Of a stretch of DNA of 36,794 nt, positions 1-7,888 are shown piece after piece. Location: the NCBI GenBank assembly GCA_013003515.1, contig JABDIW010000041.1, positions 1 through 36,794 of the forward strand. Direction: 5' to 3'. How positions within the stretch are numbered: the first letter of the stretch is position 1; every line of letters begins with the position of its first letter. The notes beneath the pieces were generated by a model, which worked only from the letters and a program-made list of their open reading frames with translations, was not told where the DNA came from and searched no databases. The position numbers were made by a program, and so were the translations under genes. This DNA is from Acidimicrobiia bacterium. Its GTDB lineage: Bacteria; Actinomycetota; Acidimicrobiia; Spongiisociales; UBA5794.

Positions 1-56
1 CCTACCGGTCGTGTTCTTGAGGCGGATTCCTGAGGAGCTTGAGAGTCTGAGGCCGT

Positions 57-2033
57 TCACGTCAGCTCCCTGTAGCCCGCGTCGGTGACCTCGTACTTGC
101 CCATCGTCGGATGTCCGACCCTCGCCACGAGCCCGGCATCGGACAGCAAGGCCATCGAGCCGTTGATCATTCCCTGGTCGATGAGCACACCGACGTCTTC
201 GAGGACGTTCTTGATCTCACGCGTCGAGCTGACGGCCTCCTCGCCTGCGCTCTGACGCTCAGCCAACAGACGCAAGATGATCTGGTCGACTCGCTCAGCG
301 GACCCACCAGAGGCCACAGGCGTCTCCTCCTCATCGTCGAGCACGAGCGCCGAGACGAGGACCGCCCCGTCGCCGAAGCTCCTGAGCCGCATCCGCACGG
401 CGTCTCCAGTGAGCGCCGAGTTCTTCTGCTTGGTGGCCTTGAGCGTGATGGTGCCTTCGTCTTCGGAGAGCCCCAGCTCGGTGTCGACTGAGGCACGCAA
501 CGCCGTGGAACCTCGCGCCCCCCGCTCGACCTCTTTACCCGAGTGATGCACCACAAGCACGCACGCCCCGGTCACGCGGCGCAGGTCGTCGAGCCGGTCG
601 ACGAAGCGCTGCATGTCCGACGCGTTGTTCTCGTCCATGAGCGTGTACCGGGCCAAGGTGTCGATGACGATCAAGTCCGGCGACCGCTCGCCCACCTCCT
701 TGAGGAGCGCACGGAACGTGCCGTCGTCCATGAGGTTCTCGGAGCCGTTGAGCCAGAACATGCCCTCGATATCGTCCAGCTCCAGCCCGCGATGATCGAG
801 CCACGCCATCTGACGCTGCGGTATCCCCGCGGCGCCTTCGCCGATGCAGTACAGCACCTTGCCCCGGCTGGTGGAGTGTGAGAAGAAGTCACGGCCCGAC
901 GCGATCGACAGCGCCCAGTCGATGGCCAGCCAGCTCTTGCCCGAGCCCGACGCACCGTAGAGCACGGCGAGCGAGTCCTTCTCGATGATGTCGTCGATGA
1001 TCCAGTCGGGCGGGTCGAGTTCGAGGATCTCGCGGGCCGACAGGATCGAGAAGCGCGAGCCTTTCTCACGCTTCTCGTCGTACAGCTTCGGCCCGCCCCA
1101 TTCGATGAGGTCGACCGGCGCCGACGTCGAGGGAGCCCCCGGCAACTCGCGCATCGCTTCGAGGGCGCGGGCCTCGTCGCCGCCATGGCCCATGAGCGCG
1201 TAGGCGTCGAACTTGGAGATCCCGGTCTCGGTGGGGAGCGGCGTGTTGGGCGAGTACACGTACAGCCGGTTCTTGCCGTCGCTTGAGACGCTGGCTGAGT
1301 GTGGCGCGGTGGCGTCGGGGTGACGCCACAGGCTGCCAGGGTTCTCGCCGTCGCCTTTGACGAGGGTCCAGCCGTCGAGGATCTCCGACCACAGGTGCCG
1401 GTGCTCGAACCACTCGAAGATCGACTCGCCCTGGTAGTCGGTGCGCTCACGGGGCTCGGCCCGCTCGGGCCGCTCGACGAGAAGCTTGGTGAGCCATTCG
1501 GGGCAGTCGGCGATGGGGAGCGTCTCGTCTTCCCAGTAGTACGCCTTGCCGGTCTCGGGGTGCCGCGACGGGGGCAGGATCGTGTAGCGCAGGTCCCGGT
1601 GTAACAGGTCGATGCCACTCTTGTCGCCGAGCCCGTGGTCGACGGCCCAGCGGTCGAGCCCGGTGGTGGAGAGGTCTTCGGCGGGGCGCCTGAGCCAGAC
1701 GTGGCGCCCCCCGTCGTTGCGCCCCGAGTAGTGGGTGCGGGTGTCGATGTCGTTGCCGCCGAGGGCGTCCCAGATCCGGTCGGCGCCGTAGCGCACGTCG
1801 AGGTCCAGGATGATGACGTCTTCGGGCACCCTGCATCCAATGAGGAGGTCGGGGTGCTCGATCCACATGGCGGTGAGCTTGGCGACGTCGGTGGTGGCGG
1901 ACCGGAAGCCGTGCGGTGCCAGCTCGGAGTGCGGCGACTTGTTGGGGTTGAGTGGGATGATCTCGTAGCCCCGCCTCGCATAGGAGGTGACGGCGTTGAG
2001 GATCTCGGGGTCGATCACTCGATGTCTTCCCAT
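57..2033 (-). CDS. Replication protein: PrimPol-type primase-polymerase N-domain fused to a RepA/DnaB-like P-loop ATPase
   Basis: RGYEIIPLNPNKSP..HGFRSATTD..VIILDLDVR resembles the prim-pol N-domain. Walker A GASGSGKS, Walker B DLIVIDTL, VLVVHHSGKE. ATG at 2033 chosen because the longer ORF upstream is Arg/Pro-rich and looks off-frame. Confidence 0.85.
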   Translation of the reverse strand: MGRHRVIDPEILNAVTSYARRGYEIIPLNPNKSPHSELAPHGFRSATTDVAKLTAMWIEHPDLLIGCRVPEDVIILDLDVRYGADRIWDALGGNDIDTRTHYSGRNDGGRHVWLRRPAEDLSTTGLDRWAVDHGLGDKSGIDLLHRDLRYTILPPSRHPETGKAYYWEDETLPIADCPEWLTKLLVERPERAEPRERTDYQGESIFEWFEHRHLWSEILDGWTLVKGDGENPGSLWRHPDATAPHSASVSSDGKNRLYVYSPNTPLPTETGISKFDAYALMGHGGDEARALEAMRELPGAPSTSAPVDLIEWGGPKLYDEKREKGSRFSILSAREILELDPPDWIIDDIIEKDSLAVLYGASGSGKSWLAIDWALSIASGRDFFSHSTSRGKVLYCIGEGAAGIPQRQMAWLDHRGLELDDIEGMFWLNGSENLMDDGTFRALLKEVGERSPDLIVIDTLARYTLMDENNASDMQRFVDRLDDLRRVTGACVLVVHHSGKEVERGARGSTALRASVDTELGLSEDEGTITLKATKQKNSALTGDAVRMRLRSFGDGAVLVSALVLDDEEETPVASGGSAERVDQIILRLLAERQSAGEEAVSSTREIKNVLEDVGVLIDQGMINGSMALLSDAGLVARVGHPTMGKYEVTDAGYRELT

Positions 2034-2524
2034 GCCCGGCGCCTCGCTTCTTGATAGGCGGGCAGGGAGTCGGCGAACGGCGTGTCCACGCGGTACCCCG
2101 GCACGGCGAGGTCGGTGGCCCATTCGACGGTGACGTGACCTTCGACCGGGACGGTGACACCGTCGACCTCCAACTCGGTCGAACGAAGGCCGGGCACGTA
2201 GGTGCGATTCGTGTCGCCGAAGGTCGTCTTCTCGACTTGATCGCAGCTCTCCAGCATCGAGAACGAGTGCACGTGGTCGCTGATCTCGATGCCGTTGACC
2301 CACAGCCGGGCCTCGGTGAGCCCGTTGACCGCCTTCTCGACGAGGTCGACAGACGACCACGTGACATCGCTGGCGTCGATGACTTCGCCGGGCAGGTCGT
2401 CGAGGAGATCGGGCGCCATGGCTGCGGCGACGGGCGCTGCGGCCATGAGCCCCAAGAACCGCCGCCGCCCCATGTCCTTCATGTCGGCTTGGCGCTGCTT
2501 CTCAGCTTTGCGTCGTCTCAGCAT
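2015..2524 (-). CDS. Small exported protein with a twin-arginine (Tat) type signal peptide
   Basis: MGRRRFLGLMAAAPVAAAMA-PD gives an RRxFLG motif, a hydrophobic core and an AxA site. ATG at 2524 has a GGAAG-like RBS; ATGs at 2482 and 2473 are alternatives. Overlaps both neighbours. Confidence 0.55.
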   Translation of the reverse strand: MLRRRKAEKQRQADMKDMGRRRFLGLMAAAPVAAAMAPDLLDDLPGEVIDASDVTWSSVDLVEKAVNGLTEARLWVNGIEISDHVHSFSMLESCDQVEKTTFGDTNRTYVPGLRSTELEVDGVTVPVEGHVTVEWATDLAVPGYRVDTPFADSLPAYQEARRRAWEDIE

Positions 2525-2780
2525 TGGCTCTCTTCCTGTCCTCTGCCCGCTTCTTCGCGTACGGCAACGCCTTAGAGCGCACGCCTGCATAGATGGCGTC
2601 ACCCCGCTCAGGGGGCGGCTTGTCCTTCGAGACAACACACACCCCGATTGCGGCAGCCGCCCGACATGCCCGCTCGGCCTCTTTGGTCGAGCACCGGGCG
2701 ATGTCGGCCACGAACCCTGCCGTGAACGGTGTGGGCCTCGGGTTGACGCAGACCTGGGCGATGACGTCCTCAGGACTCAT
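2502..2780 (-). CDS. Hypothetical 92-aa protein
   Basis: ATG at 2780 lies 11 nt inside the upstream gene end. Product MSPEDVIAQVCVNPRP..., basic C-terminus. The longer ORF extension to 2933 looks off-frame. Confidence 0.5.
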   Translation of the reverse strand: MSPEDVIAQVCVNPRPTPFTAGFVADIARCSTKEAERACRAAAAIGVCVVSKDKPPPERGDAIYAGVRSKALPYAKKRAEDRKRANAETTQS

Positions 2781-3174
2781 CGGTGGTGAGGTCGATGTCG
2801 ACGCCGTCATAGTCCGACGGCCCGGTGAGGCGAGTCCCGAGCATCTCGGCGAACGCCTCTTGGCGGCGAAGCTCGCGCTGCTCGTCGGGGAGCGGCGGGG
2901 CAAGCTCAGCGGCACGCAGCGACGCGGCCACACCGTCGATGATGTCGGACATATCTTCGAGCGAACCGCAGAGATCCTTGACGCTGTCGGAGCGCACGAG
3001 CTGGTGGATGGCGGTCGTGTCTTCGCCGTTGTGTAGCGTGATGGTCACGGCCCCGACGTCGCCCTCGATCTCATCGCGCACGACCTGGAGGTCGGCGGAG
3101 ATGTAGGCGGTAGCGAACAGCTTGGGACTCAGCCAGTGACGCTCAGTGTACGGGCGCTCGGTCTCGTTGCTCAT
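2770..3174 (-). CDS. Hypothetical strongly acidic 134-aa protein
   Basis: ATGA overlap with the methyltransferase stop at 3171-3174. By eye about 28 Asp/Glu versus 11 Lys/Arg. No recognisable catalytic motif. Confidence 0.6.
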   Translation of the reverse strand: MSNETERPYTERHWLSPKLFATAYISADLQVVRDEIEGDVGAVTITLHNGEDTTAIHQLVRSDSVKDLCGSLEDMSDIIDGVAASLRAAELAPPLPDEQRELRRQEAFAEMLGTRLTGPSDYDGVDIDLTTDES

Positions 3175-3821
3175 TCTGGTTTCTCCAATGTGATGAGCCT
3201 CTCGGGGAGGCGCTGGCGGTTGGGTGAGAAGGTGAAGCCCCGGTTGGGGGCCGTGATCTCGTCGTCGGCGAGGACAACGAGGCCGAGGTCGACGAGAGCT
3301 TCGGTGTGCCATTCGCAGACGAGCTGCTCGACGCCTGCCTTGTAGAAGTTCTTGCAGTTGAGGATGAAGAGGCCACCGCGGCGCAGGACGCGCTCAGCTT
3401 CGGACCACGCCTTACGGTGCAGCTCCTTGTAGTCGTCGCCGAAGTGCATGCCCCCGGCGTTGCCTGCCTTGAGGTCTTGGCCGAGCGAGATGCGGTAGCT
3501 GAGCCTGGTCGAGGTGTCCATCTTCTTGGGCACGTAGGCGTCGGCGAGCCGGTTGCCGTAGGCGGGCGAGGTGACGATGGCGTCGAAGCTCCTGGCCCTC
3601 CACTTGAGGTCGGTGGCGTCCCCGGTTTCGGTGAGCGGATGCCAGCGAGCCCACTTGGGTTCGATCTCGACGCCGACGGTGTTGTGGCCCCAGCGGCGCA
3701 GCTCGTGGATGCCCCCGGTCCCGGCGAACGGGTCGAGTATCCGGCGCTGCTTGCGCGGGTCGAGGCGCTGGTGGATCTGGTCGATGATGTGTTCGGAGAA
3801 CTGGGCGGGGTGGCTGACCAT
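3171..3821 (-). CDS. DNA methyltransferase (amino-methyltransferase type)
   Basis: AdoMet motif I DPFAGTGG followed by the motif IV-like DAIVTSPAYGN. ATG at 3821 shares one base with the upstream TGA (TGATG). Confidence 0.8.
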   Translation of the reverse strand: MVSHPAQFSEHIIDQIHQRLDPRKQRRILDPFAGTGGIHELRRWGHNTVGVEIEPKWARWHPLTETGDATDLKWRARSFDAIVTSPAYGNRLADAYVPKKMDTSTRLSYRISLGQDLKAGNAGGMHFGDDYKELHRKAWSEAERVLRRGGLFILNCKNFYKAGVEQLVCEWHTEALVDLGLVVLADDEITAPNRGFTFSPNRQRLPERLITLEKPE

Positions 3822-4030
3822 CACTGGCTCCAGTCGCACGAGAGTCCGAGGACGGCCATGCCGTCTCCTTCGTAGCTCAGAGCCACACATTCGATGGCAC
3901 GGCCGTCGGTAAGGAGCACGAGCTGAGGGGTGAATTCGTCCCCGAAGTCGGAGATGTCACGCTCCCCCGCACATGCCGCGGTGACGAGGCAGAGCACGGC
4001 CAGGATGAGCCAGCGGTCGACGCGTTTCAT
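3821..4030 (-). CDS. Putative small lipoprotein (69 aa)
   Basis: MKRVDRWLILAVLCLVTAAC-AGERD: basic n-region, hydrophobic core and a lipobox-like VTAAC. ATGA overlap with the upstream gene at 4027-4030. Confidence 0.6.
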   Translation of the reverse strand: MKRVDRWLILAVLCLVTAACAGERDISDFGDEFTPQLVLLTDGRAIECVALSYEGDGMAVLGLSCDWSQ

Positions 4031-4296
4031 CTTGCTCCTTCGCCGAACTTGAAGCCGTCCGGCATGGTGATTGTGGGCGGGTTGTTCTCCAGCCATTCGA
4101 TGGCTGAGATCAGGTCACGCTTGAAGGCTGAGCCGAGCGAGGCGACGGCCCGGCCGATGCCGACGTCGTACATCTGCCCGGCGTACTTGAGGGCGTTGTC
4201 GTAGTGGCGCTCGGAGTAGACCGGCTTGCCGTCGCGCTCGCAGAGGTAACGCACGAGGGCATGGATGGGTGGAACCTCGACGGCTCGCGAGGTCAC
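4027..4296 (-). CDS. Hypothetical 89-aa protein
   Basis: GTG at 4296 forms a GTGA overlap with the upstream stop (4293-4295). The C-terminal part reads as normal protein; the longer ORF to 4704 is Arg/Pro-rich and looks off-frame. Confidence 0.5.
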   Translation of the reverse strand: MTSRAVEVPPIHALVRYLCERDGKPVYSERHYDNALKYAGQMYDVGIGRAVASLGSAFKRDLISAIEWLENNPPTITMPDGFKFGEGAR

Positions 4297-4925
4297 AAGG
4301 GCCTGCCCGTGGCGATCCGGTAGGGGCCAGTGCGGCTCATCCCTTCGATCAGTCCCGCCCGCTCCAGCCGCATGACCATCGAGTAGGTCATGGCCCACGT
4401 GAGTGGCTTGCCGTCGAACGTGGAGCCTTCGAGGGCGTGCCAGATGTTCTTGCGGTGGAGCCCATCGGGGTAGGGGACGTCGGCGAGGAGGCCGAGGACC
4501 GCCTTGGCGAGGCCGGGCGGGTGCAGGACAATGGCGGGGAGGTGCTCGACCGGCTCGGGCTCCTGGGGGGGTGGCGGGTTGTCCTGTCCCCACCGAACGA
4601 GGTAGGCGTCCTGGTCGAACTCGGGGTCGATGCCGGGGGCGTCGGGGTAGTTGCAGCGCAACGCCATGATGCAGTTGGCGATGATGTGGCCGTAGTGAGA
4701 GCACCCTGATTCGGTGTCGTAGAACTCGCCGTCGGCGATCTTCTGGGCGTGACGGTCGAGGGCATCGAGGTACTCCTCGTCGTTCTTGCCGCCCTTGAGC
4801 CAGTTGTCGACCTCGTACTTGACGGCGCCCTGCTCGAACACGCGGATGACGTGGACGAGGGCATTACCGGCCTTGCGCAGCATGTGCCACTTGGGCTTGC
4901 CCTCGTCGTACCGCAATGCGCTCAC
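4293..4925 (-). CDS. dATP/dGTP diphosphohydrolase-like (MazG-like phage domain) protein with a C-terminal winged-helix-like domain
   Basis: RYDEGKPKWHML..AL..VIRVFEQGAVKYEVDNW..LDALDRH..DTESGCSHYGH resembles the phage dGTP/dATP pyrophosphohydrolase N-domain. C-terminus LTWAMTYSMVMRLERAGLIEG..GPYRIA is wHTH-like. GTG 4925 makes a GTGA overlap with the upstream stop. Confidence 0.65.
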   Translation of the reverse strand: MSALRYDEGKPKWHMLRKAGNALVHVIRVFEQGAVKYEVDNWLKGGKNDEEYLDALDRHAQKIADGEFYDTESGCSHYGHIIANCIMALRCNYPDAPGIDPEFDQDAYLVRWGQDNPPPPQEPEPVEHLPAIVLHPPGLAKAVLGLLADVPYPDGLHRKNIWHALEGSTFDGKPLTWAMTYSMVMRLERAGLIEGMSRTGPYRIATGRPL

Positions 4926-5188
4926 TGCACTCGCCTCACAGCGATACGGGGGGTGTTGGTCTTGGGGTCCTTGCAGGCACGGGCCTCGTAGGTGGCCCCG
5001 GCAAAGGCGGTGCACTTGCCGTGACGGATGCGGTTGACGATCTGGCCCGAGCGGTTCGACAGGACCGCGTAGGGTTCGCCTTCCTCACAGAACGGCATGA
5101 GCGAGGAGACCCACTTGCCGGGCTTGTCGTCGGCCCGCTTGCGCAGCGAGCGGTACATGGTGGTGTAGCGGTTGGGGGTGGTGCGCAT
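4922..5188 (-). CDS. Hypothetical 88-aa protein
   Basis: ATG at 5188 lies 2 nt after the dCMP deaminase stop. Basic, contains 3 Cys. No recognised motif. Confidence 0.55.
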   Translation of the reverse strand: MRTTPNRYTTMYRSLRKRADDKPGKWVSSLMPFCEEGEPYAVLSNRSGQIVNRIRHGKCTAFAGATYEARACKDPKTNTPRIAVRRVQ

Positions 5189-5189
5189 G

Positions 5190-5705
5190 TCAGAGGTTCA
5201 CTTTCCGTTCGTCGAAGAGGATTGGCCCGAGCTGGCCGGGGGTGATGACTTCTCGGGAGACGCCTGCGTCTTCGAGCATGGCGTCGGCGATGGCGATGGA
5301 TTCCTGCCAGCGCTGCGAGGCGACCGTCTCGTAGTAGGCGTGGGTCACGATCTTCTCGATGCCGACGCCGATGATCGCTCGGGCGCAGTCGGCGCACGCA
5401 GCCCACAGGCAGACCAGGGTCGAGCCTTGGAGCCAGTTGCCGTTGTGGGCTCGCACTGCGTCGAAGATCGCTGAGCGTTCGGCGTGCTCGATGCGGTCGT
5501 ACTTGCCGGGGCGTTCGAGGTCGGGCTTCACTCGCCAGAATGTGTTGCAGCCGACACCGAGGACGTAGCCGGGCCAGATGTGGTCGAGCTTGTCGGGTGT
5601 GGGCTGTGCGATCACGGCCCCGTTCTGGGTGGAGGGGTCGGGGCTGTAGAGCGCCTGCTTGTAGGCGCGGCGCATGAGTTCGGCGTAGGCGGGCGTGAGT
5701 GTCAT
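5190..5705 (-). CDS. Deoxycytidylate (dCMP) / cytidine deaminase family protein
   Basis: Zinc-binding signatures HAERSAI (H-A-E) and ACADCARAI (C-x-x-C) at the spacing typical of dCMP deaminases. Confidence 0.85.
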   Translation of the reverse strand: MTLTPAYAELMRRAYKQALYSPDPSTQNGAVIAQPTPDKLDHIWPGYVLGVGCNTFWRVKPDLERPGKYDRIEHAERSAIFDAVRAHNGNWLQGSTLVCLWAACADCARAIIGVGIEKIVTHAYYETVASQRWQESIAIADAMLEDAGVSREVITPGQLGPILFDERKVNL

Positions 5706-5728
5706 GGGGGCTTTCTGGTCGAAGGGAC

Positions 5729-5769
5729 GGGCGCCCCGAGCCGGGAGGGGTGACTAGCTCGGGGCGCCC
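5729..5769 (-). terminator. Perfect 13-bp GC-rich stem-loop (intrinsic terminator or attenuator candidate)
   Basis: gggcgccccgagc (5729-5741), a 15-nt loop, then gctcggggcgccc (5757-5769). It starts 20 nt downstream of the 5789 stop. No clear U-tract. Confidence 0.5.
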
Positions 5770-5788
5770 ACGCGTGGCAGCACGCGAC

Positions 5789-6223
5789 CTAGAAGGCGTC
5801 CTCCTCGGACTCCATGGCCATGCCGGTCGCCGGGGGCGTGTACTTGGCCTTGAAGATCTTCTCGGCGTTGCCTTTGCCGGTGTCGTTGTCGGAGCTGTGC
5901 TGGATCTTGAGGGTGCCGCCTTCGAGGATCTGGCTGACGCCAGCGTCCTTGAGTGCCGCGGCGACCGCCTGGTACTTGCGGTCGGGGCGAGGGTTCTTGT
6001 CGACGTCCTTCTTCTCGGTCATCCACAGCGTGTAGAGGTCGCCGGTGGGGTCCTCGATCACGACGTAGACGACGCTCTGGCGGACGCCTTCGTTGAAGCG
6101 GTCCTCCATCTCGATCGGCTCGTCGCAGACCTGGTCGACGCGGCCTTCGAGGGTGGTTTCTCCTGCGACGGAGTTGGCCCAAGCGAATGCTTCGGGCAGG
6201 TCGCCGGTTGCTTTCATTTCCAT
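5789..6223 (-). CDS. Hypothetical protein, possible ssDNA-binding protein
   Basis: 144 aa ending in the acidic tail ESEEDAF, like the DDDIPF-type SSB tails. Lies next to the nuclease gene. The fold call is only positional and compositional. Confidence 0.55.
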   Translation of the reverse strand: MEMKATGDLPEAFAWANSVAGETTLEGRVDQVCDEPIEMEDRFNEGVRQSVVYVVIEDPTGDLYTLWMTEKKDVDKNPRPDRKYQAVAAALKDAGVSQILEGGTLKIQHSSDNDTGKGNAEKIFKAKYTPPATGMAMESEEDAF

Positions 6224-6236
6224 GATGGTGTGCCTT

Positions 6237-6437
6237 TCAGCAGTTGGTGATGTGTTCGTTGCGCTTCATGCGCCAGAGGTCGAGGACCATGTAGTGCTCG
6301 GTGACTTCGATGCAGGTGTCGTCGTCGAGGTGCACGAGCGACTTACGCTCCGAGCCAGTGAAGACGGCCATACCCGCAATCACGATGAGGAGACCGACCA
6401 TGCAGATGTTGAGGAGGAAGAGGAACTCGTCCCTCAT
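6237..6437 (-). CDS. Small membrane protein (66 aa)
   Basis: One hydrophobic helix, FLFLLNICMVGLLIVIAGMAVF. ATGA overlap with the nuclease stop at 6434-6437. Confidence 0.6.
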   Translation of the reverse strand: MRDEFLFLLNICMVGLLIVIAGMAVFTGSERKSLVHLDDDTCIEVTEHYMVLDLWRMKRNEHITNC

Positions 6438-7888
6438 GCTTGTGCCCTTACGTTGTGTCGAGTGATGAGACGGTCGAGGATGTCGAGGTCTCGGTCTGTC
6501 AGCTCGCCGGACTTGAGATGCGGGACGTCTTGCTCTTTGGCTGCGGCCTCGATCTCTGCGGCTGCCTCAGGCTCCAGCGCCTCGAACAGCTCGATGGACG
6601 CTTCGAGCCGGTCCCGGTGCGGAGCATGGAGACCCATGCCCAGCTCCAGGGTCGCGACCAGAGATGACCAGTCGGCCACGGTGTCGTGCGTCTGCTCGTC
6701 GAGCTTGGTGAGCGGCGGCAGCTTGTTCTCGACCATGAGCTTGTTGACGGCCTGCTTGGTCAGCTCTGTCCGATCGACAAGACGCGTCAGCCGCTTACGC
6801 AGCGAGCCGACTTGGGCTGCGAGTTCAGAGCCAAGGGGTTGGGGCCGCTCGGGCGCATCATGGATGATTCCCTCCCCCTTGGCTCCTCTTTCCGAAGAGG
6901 GCTCAAGCGTCATCGCCGACTCGCCCTCCTCAGGTTCTTGGATGGGCGAGCCCCCGGCAGCCGGATCAAGCTGCTCGGGGGCTCCAGCCCGCTCACCGTC
7001 GACCGACGTGGACATCCCTGTGTTCTCAGACAGGGCGTCGATGCTGACGGGAGTCATGATCGCTCGGCGTACCGCTACGCCTCGCGACTCACGAACTTGT
7101 GCGGCCAACTCGCAGAGGTCGGCGCAGACGGTGAGGTCGACTTCGATCAGCTCGACGGTGCCGTCGCCGTCGGCGGGCGCCCACACGATCAGTGCAAGCT
7201 CCTTGTCGAAGAAGTCCTCGGGGATGGGCTCGGGCTCCTGGTCGAGCCCGCGCCAGACGCGGGTGGCGGTGGCGTAGAGGTAGAGCTGGCAGCCGTAGGT
7301 GATCGGCATGTCGAACTCGGTGGGACGCCAGGCGCCGGTCTTGAAGTCGGCGATCACCGGCTTGGGACGTCCGCCGTAGTAGGTGGCGAAGTCGAACTGG
7401 CCTGCGGCGTCGTGCGAGTCGTTGATCACGAACGGCTCGATCCAGTCGTCGTCGAGCGGACGCAGGTTGGCCTCGGTCAGGAGACGAATCACGGCGTCAC
7501 GGGTGGCGACGTACTGCTCGGCCACGTCGACCACTTCGCCTGAGCGCAGGAAGCGCTCCCACACGTCGTGCATCATGGTGCCGAGCTTGGCGCGGTCGCC
7601 GTCGCCCCCGGTGCGGGCGGCTTCCTCGACGAGGGCATCGAGCGCCAGGCGATCGGCCTTGGGGTCGAGCGGGATGGCCTGCTCGGCGAGCGCTGGACGG
7701 AGCCCGGCACCTCGCAGCATCTTGCGCCGGTAGGCCCGCTCGATCTGGTAGGAGTCGGTCAGGGTCTTGCCGTACGAGGAGGGCCGCGACAGTGTTCGGG
7801 TGGAGTTGGGCTTGGTGGGATGAGGGACGACCGGGCGCCCCTGATCGTTGCGGGGCGGGAAGACGTCCTCGGCGCCTTCCATCTTCAT
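6434..7888 (-). CDS. PD-(D/E)XK RecB/Cas4-family exonuclease with a long C-terminal extension
   Basis: GTMMHDVWE, VIADFKTG (D-x-K) and GCQLYLY (QhxxY) match RecB-family nuclease motifs. About 200 aa of linker plus a helical domain follow. Confidence 0.75.
   Translation of the reverse strand: MKMEGAEDVFPPRNDQGRPVVPHPTKPNSTRTLSRPSSYGKTLTDSYQIERAYRRKMLRGAGLRPALAEQAIPLDPKADRLALDALVEEAARTGGDGDRAKLGTMMHDVWERFLRSGEVVDVAEQYVATRDAVIRLLTEANLRPLDDDWIEPFVINDSHDAAGQFDFATYYGGRPKPVIADFKTGAWRPTEFDMPITYGCQLYLYATATRVWRGLDQEPEPIPEDFFDKELALIVWAPADGDGTVELIEVDLTVCADLCELAAQVRESRGVAVRRAIMTPVSIDALSENTGMSTSVDGERAGAPEQLDPAAGGSPIQEPEEGESAMTLEPSSERGAKGEGIIHDAPERPQPLGSELAAQVGSLRKRLTRLVDRTELTKQAVNKLMVENKLPPLTKLDEQTHDTVADWSSLVATLELGMGLHAPHRDRLEASIELFEALEPEAAAEIEAAAKEQDVPHLKSGELTDRDLDILDRLITRHNVRAQA

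Noticed and set aside
671-2367. Long minus-strand ORFs (671..1981, 436 aa; 1447..2367, 306 aa) overlapping the PrimPol-helicase gene in other frames.
   Set aside because: Their translations are dominated by Arg/Pro/Ser/Thr/Ala runs, typical of off-frame reading of GC-rich coding DNA. The third frame carries clear prim-pol and Walker motifs.
4293-5705. Possibility of a modified-base (for example 2-aminoadenine) genome, because a MazG-like dNTP pyrophosphohydrolase and a dCMP deaminase are present.
   Set aside because: I could not find a PurZ-like adenylosuccinate-synthetase homolog, a dATPase, a thymidylate-synthase-like hydroxymethylase or a base transferase in the window. The genes fit ordinary dNTP-pool adjustment.
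6093-7277. 394-aa plus-strand ORF antisense to the RecB-like nuclease gene.
   Set aside because: It is Ser/Arg-rich low-complexity sequence with no RBS or start context. The opposite strand carries a motif-bearing gene. I judged it an antisense open frame arising from GC bias.
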